Below, in pieces: positions 1 through 11,614 of a stretch of 64,000 nt of DNA. The notes beneath the pieces are model-generated. The model saw only the letters and a program-made list of their open reading frames with translations. It made no database searches and had not been told where the DNA came from. Numbering within the stretch: the stretch's first letter is position 1; the number at the start of each line of letters is the position of its first letter. The stretch lies in assembly GCA_951406725.2 (NCBI GenBank), contig OX597815.1, positions 208,816,001 through 208,880,000 of the forward strand, given 5' to 3'. Both the position numbers and the translations under genes were made by a program. The DNA is from Octopus vulgaris (taxonomy: Eukaryota).

Positions 1-46
1 CCAGGTTTAAACAACGACACCAACATGAAAATATTTCATATTATTT

Positions 47-400
47 ACCGTTGTGACCGGCTTCCAACTTCGGCTGCAGTCACAATGTCTACATGTCACA
101 CTTCTCGATCTGTCATCACTGCCTCTAGGTTCCGGATACATTCTAGGCTGGTGTCTGTAGTCCAGTTGTTGATGTGTGTCAACATTTCCCTCATCTTACA
201 TCACCATGAAGTGGCTTCCACAAGAGTAAATTGGATGCTACCATTGGAGGGTGGTGCATACACTGACCTGTCATCTTTGCCTGATTTCCTTGATAACTTT
301 TGGCAGGTTTCCATAAAGGCATTCATTTGTTGCATGTTACTGCCTTTTCACATATAGGACTGTTCATAGCATCCTTGTGTTTGATAATTTCTTTGTCAGC
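47..400 (-). mobile_element. Degenerate 3' end of RTE/RTE-X clade LINE ORF
   Basis: Minus-strand translation with stops and frameshifts: TNECLYGNLPKVIKEIRQR...GQCMHHPPMVASNLLLWKPLHG...THINNWTTDTSLECIRNLEAVMTDREV*. This matches the RTE-type C-terminal pattern LYGNLP..IR.RRL..AGH..LLW.P.HG..RGR..D.G....M.DR..W. Confidence 0.7.
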
Positions 401-464
401 ATAGCTATAGAATAGCTGTTACATGGTAGTGAAACACAGACCCTAACAAAGGAATTATCAAATT

Positions 465-853
465 CTAGCAGTATTGCCTGGCGTTGCTCGGGTTTGTAAG
501 GGAAATAACTATAAAGCATTTTTAGAGAGTTATAGCAAAAAAATGCATCAAAAATGGGAAAAAAATGATGGTAAATTTTTTTAAAAATCGTTGACTAATC
601 GTAGACATTTTTAGAGAGTTACTTTCCTTATATAATAGCGAAAAAATGCATTAAAATGAAAAAAAATGATGGTAAATTATTTTTAAAATTGTAGACTCAT
701 CGTAGACATGCGCTAATACCCAGAAGGGCTCGATATGAATCACGACTATAAGATACCCGGTTTTGGTTAAACTGCACCGCAAAATGTGGGAGTAGTTAGG
801 AATCTAAATCGTAGGAGACAGACAGCACACAACCTCACTTTTATATATAAAGA
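465..853 (-). mobile_element. Non-autonomous Helitron
   Basis: Reverse-complement copy of 25014-25410: 5' TC, 3' CTAG, subterminal hairpin (CCCGAGCAACGCCAGG), no TIR or TSD. Confidence 0.8.
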
Positions 854-987
854 TTACATAGCAGAATTGTTAAAGCTTTGAAAGAGTATTTTGGTTTATT
901 TGTTGTGAGTCTTTACACTCTCAGTTCAAATTTCACTGAAGTAAACTTTGTCTTTCACCCTTTTGGCACCAGTAAAGTAAAATAAAC

Positions 988-1131
988 AGATGCAGCATGG
1001 AGTTTTGTCAGTGAACAGGTCGTGGTCTCAAAGCAATGAAAATATTTTGACAAATTTAATTAAAATTTTGAAGTGAATCTAACGGTGTTTTGTGTGTTTC
1101 TTAATTGGCTTATAAACACCATGTGGCTGCA
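988..1131. repeat. Short interspersed repeat; second copy at about 39955-40445
   Basis: TTTTGTCAGTGAACAGGTCG...GAAAATATTTTGACAAA...GTTTCTTAA.TGGCTTATAAACACC is shared with 39955-40445. Confidence 0.65.
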
Positions 1132-1466
1132 GCGATACAAACTTCTTACCACACAGCTACTTCTGTGCCCTTGTCAGTACATTGCGAACAACAAGTTTGT
1201 ATAATTAATTCATCATACCCGAATCATATATAAACTGACCACAGCAGGAAGTGAATTGGAAGAATTATTAAACCCTTTTGATCTTAACTCACCTGAGCCT
1301 ACCTTAAGTTCTATGACACAACCTTCCTGATAATTTGTTTGAAACACCTGGCTAAATAATGACAGTTATTTAACTAAATTCTTTGTACAGTTCGATATTT
1401 AAGAGATAAGGAATTATGTACATTATTTATATTCGACGGATATTTGTCCTCATCTTGTGTGTTGTT

Positions 1467-1512
1467 AACACAACGCTTCGGCTGATATACTCTCCAGCCT
1501 TCATCAGGTATC
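1467..1512 (-). ncRNA. Minimal type I hammerhead ribozyme motif (PLE type), one core substitution
   Basis: Minus strand reads GATAC-CTGATGA-A-GGCTG(gagagtatat)CAGCC-GAAG-CGTT-GTGTT: stems I and II pair; GAAA is changed to GAAG. Confidence 0.7.
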
Positions 1513-1545
1513 TTGGGGAAATTTCATCACTCCATAATTGCCCAC

Positions 1546-1618
1546 GGGCATATGGCGTAGTGGTTAAGAGCACGGTCTACTAACCCCAAGATTCCGAGTT
1601 CGATTCCAAGCAGTGACC
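1546..1618 (+). other. tRNA-derived Pol III head (A and B boxes), not a functional tRNA
   Basis: A box TGGCGTAGTGG and B box GAGTTCGATTCC at tRNA-like spacing; acceptor stem does not pair; followed by (AAT)n. Confidence 0.75.
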
Positions 1619-1740
1619 TGAACAACAATAATAATAATAATAACAATAATAATACTAAAAATAATTATAATAATAATTATAATAATAATAACATTGAAGA
1701 ATACCTTAGAGATGAGAACCCAGGTTCGAAATTTCCCCAA

Positions 1741-1786
1741 GACACCTGAAGAAGGCTGGAGGGTATATCAGCCGAAATGTTGTGTT
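1741..1786 (+). ncRNA. Minimal type I hammerhead ribozyme motif (PLE type)
   Basis: GACAC-CTGAAGA-A-GGCTG(gagggtatat)CAGCC-GAAA-TGTT-GTGTT. The consensus with the inverted copy gives GAAACGTT, a palindromic stem III. Confidence 0.7.
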
Positions 1787-2004
1787 AACTACAAACAAAA
1801 TGAGGACAAATATCCGTCAAATGTAAATAATGTAAATAATGTAAATTCTTGGTTATATAAAAAAATTAATTGAAACAAAGGTAGTACATTTCAGCAGTAA
1901 TATGGTAGAAATATGGAGAAGAGTAGCAGACAAACTCCCTTGAAAAGTTTGGTTAAGTCCCTTTCCATTCTGAAACAAAATTCTTCATTGGTGGGCTTCC
2001 CATT

Positions 2005-2216
2005 TCACCTTTATGTGGACAAACAAGGACAGACAAAACGGATTAAGTCGTTTTTATGTCGACCCCCAGTGCGTAACTGGTACTTAATTTATCGACCCCG
2101 GAAAGGATGAAAAGCAAAGTCGACCTCGGCGCAATTTGAACTCAGAACGTAACGGCAGACGAAATACCAATAAGCATTTCGTCGGCATGCTAACGTTTCT
2201 GCCAGCTCGCCGCCTT
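2005..2216 (-). mobile_element. tRNA-derived SINE, family C (Deu/Nin-like central domain)
   Basis: Head AAGGCGGCGAGCTGGCAGAAACGTTAGCA..GAGTTCAAAT and body TTTCATCCTTTCCGGGGTCGATAAATTAAGTACCAG. Other copies at 8248-8465, 34705-34915 and 49185-49380. Confidence 0.8.
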
Positions 2217-2602
2217 TTAATATGCATATACCGTTTCCATATGCACCCAAATTGCATGCTTACATTCAGATTTTTCTTGATACATTATTCAATTGCAACG
2301 ATTTATTGCAACCCTATTACTTTATAATTTTGCCGAGCAGAATGTTTTCAGTATTTATGTGTAGTGATTTATTGCTTCTTCTGGTATTTATGTCAATTTC
2401 TTAATATTATTTTGTAGTTTTGGTAAGCATTGAGTGTTATAAAGAGCTCAGGAATTGTAACACAAAGCATTTAAGCCAAAAGGGTAATAACAACGGCAGC
2501 AGAACAAAATAGACTGGCATTGCTACAATGAGAATTACTTTATATCTCGTATGATTAAAATTAATATTCTGTGTACACTACATTTTGGCAATGTGTTTTA
2601 AA

Positions 2603-2643
<41 letters not shown>

Positions 2644-2911
2644 GCATGTATGTGTGTATTTGCAATTGTATGTGTCAATTTATTTGTGCATACATATATA
2701 TGTATCCATGTTTATGTGTGTGTGTGTGTGGCAGGGTTTGCTTCTTACCAGATGGTTCCAGGTTCAATCCCAATGCATGGCATCTTGGACAGGTGTCTTC
2801 TACAATAGCCCTGGGCCAACCATATCCTTGTGTGTGGACCTAGCAAATTCAAACCAAACCAAGCCCATCACACACTCACACACATTTATATATATATATA
2901 TATATATATAT

Positions 2912-3171
2912 AATAACGATTTAATAAATAAAACATATGCATACATACGTACATATATGTACATACCTACATCTATATGTATATATACATGCATATATGA
3001 GTACAGGACACCACAAATAAATGTAGAACACAATGAGAAACGAAAACATAAAATCAAACAAGGAAACGGATTTTTTTTTAACAACGAAAAAACAGAGTAC
3101 AGGACAAACAATACAAGGAAAATTCCCCTTCATCAGCTGCCCCTGTTTCGACTCAATGCATGTTTCAAAGG
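2912..3171 (-). mobile_element. PLE-type terminal repeat fragment in TA microsatellite
   Basis: Contains CTGATGAAGG and GAAAC motifs on the minus strand (3125-3171). The same family recurs truncated at about 9170-9302. Confidence 0.5.
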
Positions 3172-3739
3172 TACACACATATTCATAGATATCTGTGAAA
3201 GTCTATGAGAATTACTTAATACAGTTTTTGAAGTGTACAGAAATTGTTAATGCAATTTTCTACAGCCTTATTGTCGTCACCACATACAACTGTGGCCACA
3301 TAGCTGTATATTTCTCCCATGGCAGGATATCTTTTCATGGAAGATTACAAACGAAGTTCTCTGTGTGTATGGGTGTGTTACACACAGACATGTATGGTAA
3401 GGACGGCGTATCTTGTTTGTGTGTGTCTTTGTATCTATGATTGTCTCCCACCACTACCTAACAACTGGTGTTACTGTGTTTATATTCCCAGAACTTAGCT
3501 GCCCGGCAAAAAGAAACTGATAGAATTACTACCAGACTTCAAAAAATAGTACTGGAGTAAATTCAATTAATTAAAAATTCTTCAAGGAAGTGCCCCAGCA
3601 TGGCCACAGTCTAGTGACTGAAACAAGTAAAAGATAAGAAATAAAAATCAATAAATCTATATGGCTCCACAGTTTCTCTTTGAAGATGTTTACTAGCTGT
3701 ATGTTTGTGTCTGTATGGTGCGCAGCATACATATTCTTT

Positions 3740-4393
3740 CTTTTACTTGTCTCAGTCATTTGACTGCGGCCATGCTGGTGCACCGCCTTTAGTCGATCAA
3801 ATCGACCCCGTGACTAATTCTTTGTAAGCCTAGTACTTATTTTATCGGTCTATTTTTTGCCGAACCGTTGAGTTACGGGGACGTAAACACACCAGCATCA
3901 GTTGTCAAGCGATGTTGGGGGGACAAACAGACACACAAACACGCACACATGTACATATATATATCATCATCATCATTTAACGTCCGCTTTCCATGCTAGC
4001 ATGGGTTGGACGGTTCAACTGGGGTCTGTGAAGCCCGAAGGCTGCACCAGGCCGGTCAGATCTGGCAGTGTTTCTACAGCTGGATGCCCTTCCTAACGCC
4101 AACCACTCCGAGAGTGTAGTGGGTGCTTTTTATGTGCCACCGACACAGGTGCCAGACGAGGCTGGCGAATGGCCACGCTCGGATGTTTTTTTTGTTTTTT
4201 TTTTTATATATATATATATATATATACTCGATGGCCTTCTTTCAGTTTCCGTCTACCAAATCCACTCACACGGCTTTGGAAGGCCCAAGGCTATAGTAGA
4301 AGACACTTACCCAAGATGCCATGCAGTGGGACTGAACCCGGAACCATGTGGTTCGTAAGCAAGCTACTTACCACACAGCCACTCCTACGCCTA
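3740..4393 (-). mobile_element. SINE family A with a nested family B copy (about 3964-4185)
   Basis: Family A head and tail are split by a (GAT)n-tailed family B copy inserted in the central (TA)n. Confidence 0.85.
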
Positions 4394-4809
4394 TGCATTT
4401 AAACATTATTTAAACTTAATAATTTCCCCATTATTCAAGCATAAACTGGAACGATTCTTATTTGCAAAAATAGTTGCAAGTGTTCAATAATGCTTTCTTG
4501 CTTTCTTTTGTTTTATTTTCCACCCTTAATTAAATATGGCGGTTTAAACAAAACAGGAACAAATTGTTTCTTCGAAAATGGCCAGCATTAAGAATTGTGA
4601 GGTGAAAAATGGTTGGCATAGAGAATTAAGGGCCATAGGTGGCCATTTTGCATTGTAAATGTATGTAAAATATTGTCAATACGTATAACAATCAACCTGT
4701 AAACGTTCATTAACCAAAACTTAAAATACCTTATTTTGTGATAAAATGGATAATGGGTAAATATAAATGCTGCTCTTAGTGTACTATTTCCTTACACATC
4801 TGTATTTTG

Positions 4810-4842
<33 letters not shown>

Positions 4843-4856
4843 AAATGTATGAATGT

Positions 4857-4902
<46 letters not shown>

Positions 4903-5093
4903 ATAATGCATAATATGTATTATAATAAAAACCACAAAGTGCCTTATGGTTTTTATTATATCTTTAATCTCTTAACTGATTGAGTGCTATACTATTTGTA
5001 GTTCATACACATGCACACATATTTGTGTATAGACATGTTGATACATCTATTTATCTCTCTCTCTCTCACTATATATATATATATATATATATA

Positions 5094-5351
5094 ATGATAA
5101 ATCTGAGCGAGTTATAAACAATAGCAGCAACACATCATGACGTATATTTGCCATTTGAATATGGCTAACCCCTAAGGGTGGATGCTACTGTGGTTTATAG
5201 CCCCAGGAGGACACCTCCTCCAGCTGGCTATAGACACACCTTCTGTGCCCTATCAGTATTTGCGAAGGGAAGCCATCCTTCCCGTCTTCAACTTATGATA
5301 CACATGGACTCGAATTTCAGAGTATTGACCCGTCAGCGGCGTGTGACAATC
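5094..5351. mobile_element. GC-richer, hairpin-dense insert within (TA)n; probable retroelement end
   Basis: Flanked on both sides by (TA)n; several stem-loops including TATAGCC..AGGAGG-ACA-CCTCCT..GGCTATA. Confidence 0.4.
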
Positions 5352-5408
<57 letters not shown>

Positions 5409-5410
5409 AA

Positions 5411-5890
5411 AATTAAGAAATGGAGTTTAACACACGTGTTATTCAAATCTTTATATTTCCAACATATGTTTTGAAGAAAGCATTGGTATTATTCCTGAGG
5501 GAATAAAATGATGTAAAACAAGTTATTTTTGCCATTGTTCCTTTCATCATATACGCAGGAACCGCATTTGGTTAAAATCTCTTCTTGACATGTTTTGTTT
5601 TTCTTTTTTTCCTCAGGAGATGATTACATTGTTTTACATCATTTTATTCCCTCAGGAAATAATACCAGTGTTTTCTTTGAAACATATGTCGGAAGTCTAA
5701 AGATTTGAATAACACTTGCATTTAACTCCATTTCTTAATTCATCTATGTGATACAAAAACATTTCACTAAACCCTGGAATTTCTAACTTTATAATTAGTC
5801 TGTAACACCCTTGGCACTTGTGTGAACTTTTGCTACCCTGTTAACTATTTATCTATTTTTTCCATGTTATTTGTACATATTGAAAAAATA
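5411..5890 (+). mobile_element. PLE-type terminal repeat with upstream inverted partial copy and hammerhead-like motif
   Basis: Inverted arms 5411-5521 and 5629-5740. TTCC-CTCAGGA...GAAACATATGTC-GGAA at 5647-5694. Flanked by TA/CA microsatellites. Confidence 0.6.
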
Positions 5891-5938
5891 CACACACACT
5901 CACACACACATATATGTATGTATGTATGTATGTATGTA

Positions 5939-6455
5939 TTGGGTCATCCCATAAAGAATGTGGTTTTTTTTAATACTTTTTCCACAAATTAAGATAAAGT
6001 TCTTTTTTACATCTGAAATATGCTCTCTTTTATTTTCTACAATGCTCTTCCTCTATCTGGTAGATATGCAAGGCCTCTCTTCTTCCAAAAGTCATTTCTC
6101 CATGATGAAAGACACTCCTCCAGTACTATTCTGACCGTAACTGCAGAGGTAATGGTAATCAGGTGGAGCAATGTCCAGCGAATATAGTGAGTGAGGTATC
6201 GTTTCCCATTGAAACTGCTCCAACTATGAAATATCATCCTTGCTGTTTGTAGCTCAAGCTTCTCACAATAGATCTCCTTTGTTAATTTACTCTTTTACTT
6301 GTTTCAGTCATTTGACTGCGGCCATGCTGGAGCACCGCCTTTAGTCGAGCAAATCGACCCCGGGACTTATTCTTTGTAAGCCCAGTACTTATTCTATCGG
6401 GGATGTAAACACACCCGCATCGGTTGTCAAGCAATGCTTAGGGGGACAAACATAG

Positions 6456-6504
<49 letters not shown>

Positions 6505-7363
6505 TACGACAGGCTTCTTTCAGTTTCCATCTACCAAATCCACTCACAAGGCTTTGGTCGGCCCGGGGCTATAGCAGAAGACACTTGCCCAAGATGCCAC
6601 GCAGTGGGACTGAACCCGGAACCATGTGGTTGGTTAGCAAGCTACTTACCACACAGCCACTCCTGCGCTTAATTGTTTGGTTTGCATTTAAATGTTCTAA
6701 GCGAACTAAACCTTTCATATCCCACCAAACAGAGAACACCTTAAACGGGTGAAGACCTTCTTTAACCTGGGGTGCCGATGTTTTTCCTTTCCATACCCAA
6801 TGTCTTCAGCACTTGACATTTTTAAAGAGAACCCATTTCTTGTCACCAGTCATTCTTCGGTCCCCCAAAAAGGTTCATTCGTGAGACATGACAGCAAAGA
6901 AGAGCACACATTCACTCTCTGTGTGCGATTAGACTCGGAAAGTTTGTGAGGAACACATTCATCCAATTTGCTGACTTTTCAACAGTTACAAAGGGATTCT
7001 TCCTTCACCAGGATTTGCAGCCTCATCTTCTAAGCTGTAGATTCTGGCTCTGAATTTCTGTTACCACCACTTATTGTCTGATTTCCATATACTGCATTAA
7101 TATTCCTTGCACTTTCCGTTGCATTGTTGCCTTTATTGAACTCATAAAGCAAAAGATGCCGAATATGCTCCTATGTCACTTCCATTATAGCTTTGAAAAA
7201 ATAACTGTTGAAATCGAACTGCACTCTTCAAAACTTGCACTAAGAATAAGGACAAAGGTAAAATTACTGCTTTTATAGGAAGTTGATGCAGGTAGTTTAT
7301 CCCATCCCCCTCCGACTTTTAGTTCATGCAATTGAAAAAACTATTATTTATGGGATGACCCAA
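5939..7363 (-). mobile_element. Defective mariner transposon (family A SINE inserted at about 6288-6668)
   Basis: TA-flanked TIRs TTGGGTCATCCCATAAA / TTTATGGGATGACCCAA. Minus-strand remnant MEVT*EHIRHLLLYEFNKGNNATESARNINAVYG and a degenerate LVTGDEKW region. Confidence 0.88.
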
Positions 7364-7604
7364 TATATATATGTTCATATGTGATGTAAATACACCATCA
7401 TCGGTTGTCAAGATGCGGTGGGGGACAAACACAAACAGAAACACACATACTCACTCATACGTACACACACTCACACACTTATGTATATATGATGGGCCAC
7501 TTTCAGTTTACCACACAGCCATGAATATATTTTATTATTCCTTCATGTTTTTCAGCCCAAAGGCTATGACTATGCCGGGGCACCACACACACATGTACAG
7601 ATAC

Positions 7605-7770
7605 TGTCTGTCTGTCTGTCTATCCAGCCATCCATCTATCTGTCATTCTGTCTATCTATCTATCTGTCATTCTGTCTATCTATCTATCTGTCTGTCTGTC
7701 CATCCATCCGTCTGTCTGTCCGTCTGTCCGTCCATCCGTCCATCCATCTATCTATCTATCTGTCGTTCTG

Positions 7771-7805
<35 letters not shown>

Positions 7806-7924
7806 GTCTGTCTGTATGTATGTATGTATGTATGTATGTATGTATGTATGTATGTATGTATGTATGTATGTATGTATGTATGTATGTATGTATGTATGTA
7901 TGTATGTATGTATGTATGTATGTA

Positions 7925-7975
<51 letters not shown>

Positions 7976-8012
7976 TTATCTGTCTATCTATCTATCTTAC
8001 CATCTATCTATC
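7605..8012. repeat. Compound tetranucleotide microsatellite (TCTG/TCTA/TCCA/TATG)
   Basis: Direct reading; about 28 TATG units at 7815-7925. Confidence 0.95.
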
Positions 8013-8103
8013 CAACAAAACTGTCTGAAGAACTGGAACGTAGAACCCTGAGTAACAGTTTTTGGTATTTTGGTATTTGATATTGTTGGTGCTTTTTAAT
8101 AAA

Positions 8104-8159
<56 letters not shown>

Positions 8160-8247
8160 ATACTCATATGCAAATACATACACACAGACATATACCCACT
8201 CACACATACATAGCTCTATGTAAGTATATACGTGTATACATTACAGG

Positions 8248-8465
8248 AAGGCGGCGAGCTGGCAGAAACGTTAGCACGCTGGGTGAAATGCGTAGCTGTA
8301 TTTCGTCTGCCGCTACGTTCTGAGTTCAAATTCAGCCGAGGTCAGCTTTGCCTTTCATCCTTTATTAAGTACCAGTTACACACTGGGGTTGATGTAATCA
8401 ACTTAATCCATTTGTCTGTCCTTGTTTATCGCCTCTGTGTTTAGCCCCTTGTGGGTAGTAAACAA
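8248..8465 (+). mobile_element. tRNA-derived SINE, family C
   Basis: Homologous to 2005-2216; flanked by a near-duplicated GTGTATACATTACAGG. Confidence 0.8.
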
Positions 8466-8881
8466 ATATATATGTGTATACATTACAGGTGAATGTCTCT
8501 GTGTATGTTAACTACTGAGTTCTGTACAATACTTACTGGTACACACATACAAAAAAACAAAAAAAAGGTAAGAAAAAAAATGTTACCTAATTTGAAATGT
8601 CAATTTCTAGAAATGAATATGTAGTCACTGAATTTCACATGTTTTAAAAATTTGTCAGAAACTTTATTTTCCACCGACAAATCCATCCCAGCTTTTGTTT
8701 TCGTTTCTTTCCTTTCATGCCGCAATAGTTTAATAGAACGGCACACATTTTGGAATGTCATGAAGTAATAGAAGCACTGGATATAAATGTTTTCAGAACC
8801 TAGTAACAATGATTCAACCCTCTGCATTTACCATAATTACACTTATTTTTTGTACTTTTCTCATTATACTTTTGTATCTAG

Positions 8882-8882
<1 letters not shown>

Positions 8883-8953
<71 letters not shown>

Positions 8954-8960
8954 GTATGTA

Positions 8961-8991
<31 letters not shown>

Positions 8992-9161
8992 GTCTGTGTG
9001 TATATATTTATATGTATGTATGTATGTGTGTATATATTTATATGTATGTATGTGTATATGTATATATGTATGCATGTATGTATGTGTGTATATATATATA
9101 TATGTGTATGTATGTGTATATATATATATGTATGTATGTATATATATATATATATATATAA
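8883..9161. repeat. TA/TG/TATG compound microsatellite
   Basis: Direct reading. Confidence 0.95.
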
Positions 9162-9440
9162 TAAATAATAAATAAATAATATATAAATATATGCATATAT
9201 ACATACATATATGTACATACCTACATCTATATGTATATATACATGCATATATGGGTACAGGACATCAAAGAAATGTTGAACGCAATGACAAACGAAAACA
9301 TATATGCATGCATATATACATATATATATAAGTATGTACATATATGTATGTATAGATGCATATATTTACATATTATTTATTATATGATCGAACGCCATGC
9401 ATCCTTTTCCAAGTAAGTTTTATCTATGTGTATATATATT

Positions 9441-9492
<52 letters not shown>

Positions 9493-9640
9493 AACAGTAA
9501 AGAGTGAAAAAACTACAGAAGGCTTGTTTTATAAGGTTAAAGAATATATTTGAGTCATTATGTTAGAAGAATGATATACTATTTGAATACTATTTACTAT
9601 TTTCTATATTTCCAACCTCGTGCTTTCACACACCAACTTT

Positions 9641-9700
<60 letters not shown>

Positions 9701-9706
9701 TACATA

Positions 9707-11247
9707 CTGGGTGCGATGGGTAAATTGTTACCATTTTATAATCTAATTTTGTGCATGCACATTGTTTGTTTTTGATTTTGTCAACTACACAGTATAGTAG
9801 GATCCATTGGGCACCATCTGTGATAAAAACAGCACCATGACATGATTTAGACTGCCAGAAATTCAGGAATAACATCCTGTACTACTTGGTATTTATACTG
9901 GAAGCTCTGATACAAACATTTCAGAGTGTTTGGATGTCAATCTGAGGACAGTGCTGAGGATTCGGAAAGAGTTGGATGAGTGTAATGGTGATTATGAAGG
10001 TATGGCACCTGGGAAAACTCTGATCATTCTGAGAAGGAAAGAACTCCTGAGTTTGTTGGGGAGATCCAGGCCATGATTGACAATGATCCGCAAAGTCAGT
10101 CTGTTCCATGCCCAGTGACATGGGAGTGTGTGAGGTTCTTGTCAGGCAGGCAGTGCATAAAGGCTTTGGTTTTTCGCAGATGAGAAAAATTTCTGCGAGG
10201 ATCAGATGGTGAACAAACAGAACAACTGTTGGGTTAATGTGTCCTCAAAACCTGTACAGAGAGTGATGGAAGTCAACCATCTAGTCAACATCATGGTGCT
10301 TGGAGTGCTCACTAGGAATGGTGATGTTTAGCCTCTATTCATCTTCCCACACAGCCTCAGACTCAACATGGAAGCCTACAGCAAGTGCCTGGAGGAAGCA
10401 ATGCAGCTCTGGGTCAAGACCCTATATCTGACAACGGGACTCTGCACCATGCCACACAAGCAGGGGAACCTAATCATGGCTGTCAGATAATTTCTCTGAC
10501 CACACCACCCCTAACATCTGGCCACCTAACTCCCGAGACTGAAACCTCCTTGATTATTATGTGTGGGGCACAGTTGAATGAGAGACCAACAAAACTCTTT
10601 GTAACACGAAAGATGAAAGACAGGTAGCAGCATTCACTAAGAAGGTGACCATCCAGAAGAGTTGCAGGAGATTCAAAAGCTGTCTGGAGGCCGTTGTTGA
10701 AGCCAGTGGCGATTTTATTGAATAAATTTAGTCTTTAGTATTTGAAAATATTTTTATATAATTTTAGTAAATATATATAGGCGCAGGAGTGGCTGTGTGG
10801 TAAGTAGCTTGCTAACCAACCACACGGTTCCGGGTTCGGTCCCACTGCGCGGCATCTTGGGCAAGTGTCGTTTGCTATAGCCCCGGGCTGACCAATGCCT
10901 TGTGAGTGGATTTGGTAGACGGAAACTGAAAGAAGCCTGTCGTATATATGTATATATATGTATGTGTGTGTGTTTGTCCCCCCTAGCATTGCTTGACAAC
11001 CGATGCTGGTGTGTTTACGTCCCCGTCACTTAGCAGTTCGGCAAAAAGAAACCGATAGAATAAGTACTGGGCTTACAAAGAATAAGTCCCGGGGTCGATT
11101 TGCTCTACTAAAGGCGGTGCTCCAGCATGGCCGCAGTCAAATGACTGAAACAAGTAAAAAGATTAAAGAGTATATTTGTTATAATGAGATGTCAGGGTTA
11201 TTTTCATTTTTGCATAATTTAGACGACAATTTAATCACCGCACCCTG
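9707..11247 (+). mobile_element. Defective Tc1/mariner element of maT (DD37D)-like type
   Basis: TA-flanked TIRs CTGGGTGCGATGGGTAAATTG / CAATTTAATCACCGCACCCTG. Remnants FADEKNFCEDQMVNKQNN, QRDSAPCHT and WPPNSRD*NLLDYYVWG. SINE A inserted at 10779-11170. Confidence 0.8.
10779..11170 (+). mobile_element. Full-length tRNA-derived SINE family A (octopus OK/OR-type)
   Basis: Head GGCGCAGGAGTGGCTGTGTGGTAAG..GGTTCGGTCCC, CORE-like CTTGGGCAAGT, central (TA)(TG)n, tail GGTGCTCCAGCATGGCCGCAGTC..GACTGAAACAAGTAAAA. About 25 copies in the window. Confidence 0.9.
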
Positions 11248-11577
11248 TATGTAGGTATGCATGTATGTATGTACATGTGTATGTGTGTTTGTTTGAATGT
11301 ATGTACATACATGTGAAACTGCAATACCTGCTCACGAATACATTGTGTATGTGCATATACATGCACACACATGCACCCTCACAATCATCATCATCATCAT
11401 CATCATCGTGAGCACACACACACACTCTCTTTATTTTCTATCATGCACAAATACACCCTCTTTAATTGCCATAACACACACAACACACACACACAAACAC
11501 ATACACACACAGAGGCACCCACATATACACACGAACAGGCACATACACTCATACACATCAACAGGAACACACACACA

Positions 11578-11614
<37 letters not shown>

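Larger units (their letters stand above)
1387..1841 (+). mobile_element. Non-autonomous Penelope-like element with inverted terminal arms, internal tRNA-like head and hammerhead motifs
   Basis: About 105-bp inverted arms (about 1418-1525 and 1728-1833). A 12-bp TSD-like pair TAAATTCTTTGT (1375-1386) / TAAATTCTTGGT (1842-1853) bounds it. It interrupts a CCCTTTTGAT-type MITE. Confidence 0.7.

Noticed and set aside
1546-1618. Possible tRNA gene
   Set aside because: A and B boxes are present but the acceptor stem does not pair, and it is embedded in a mobile element.
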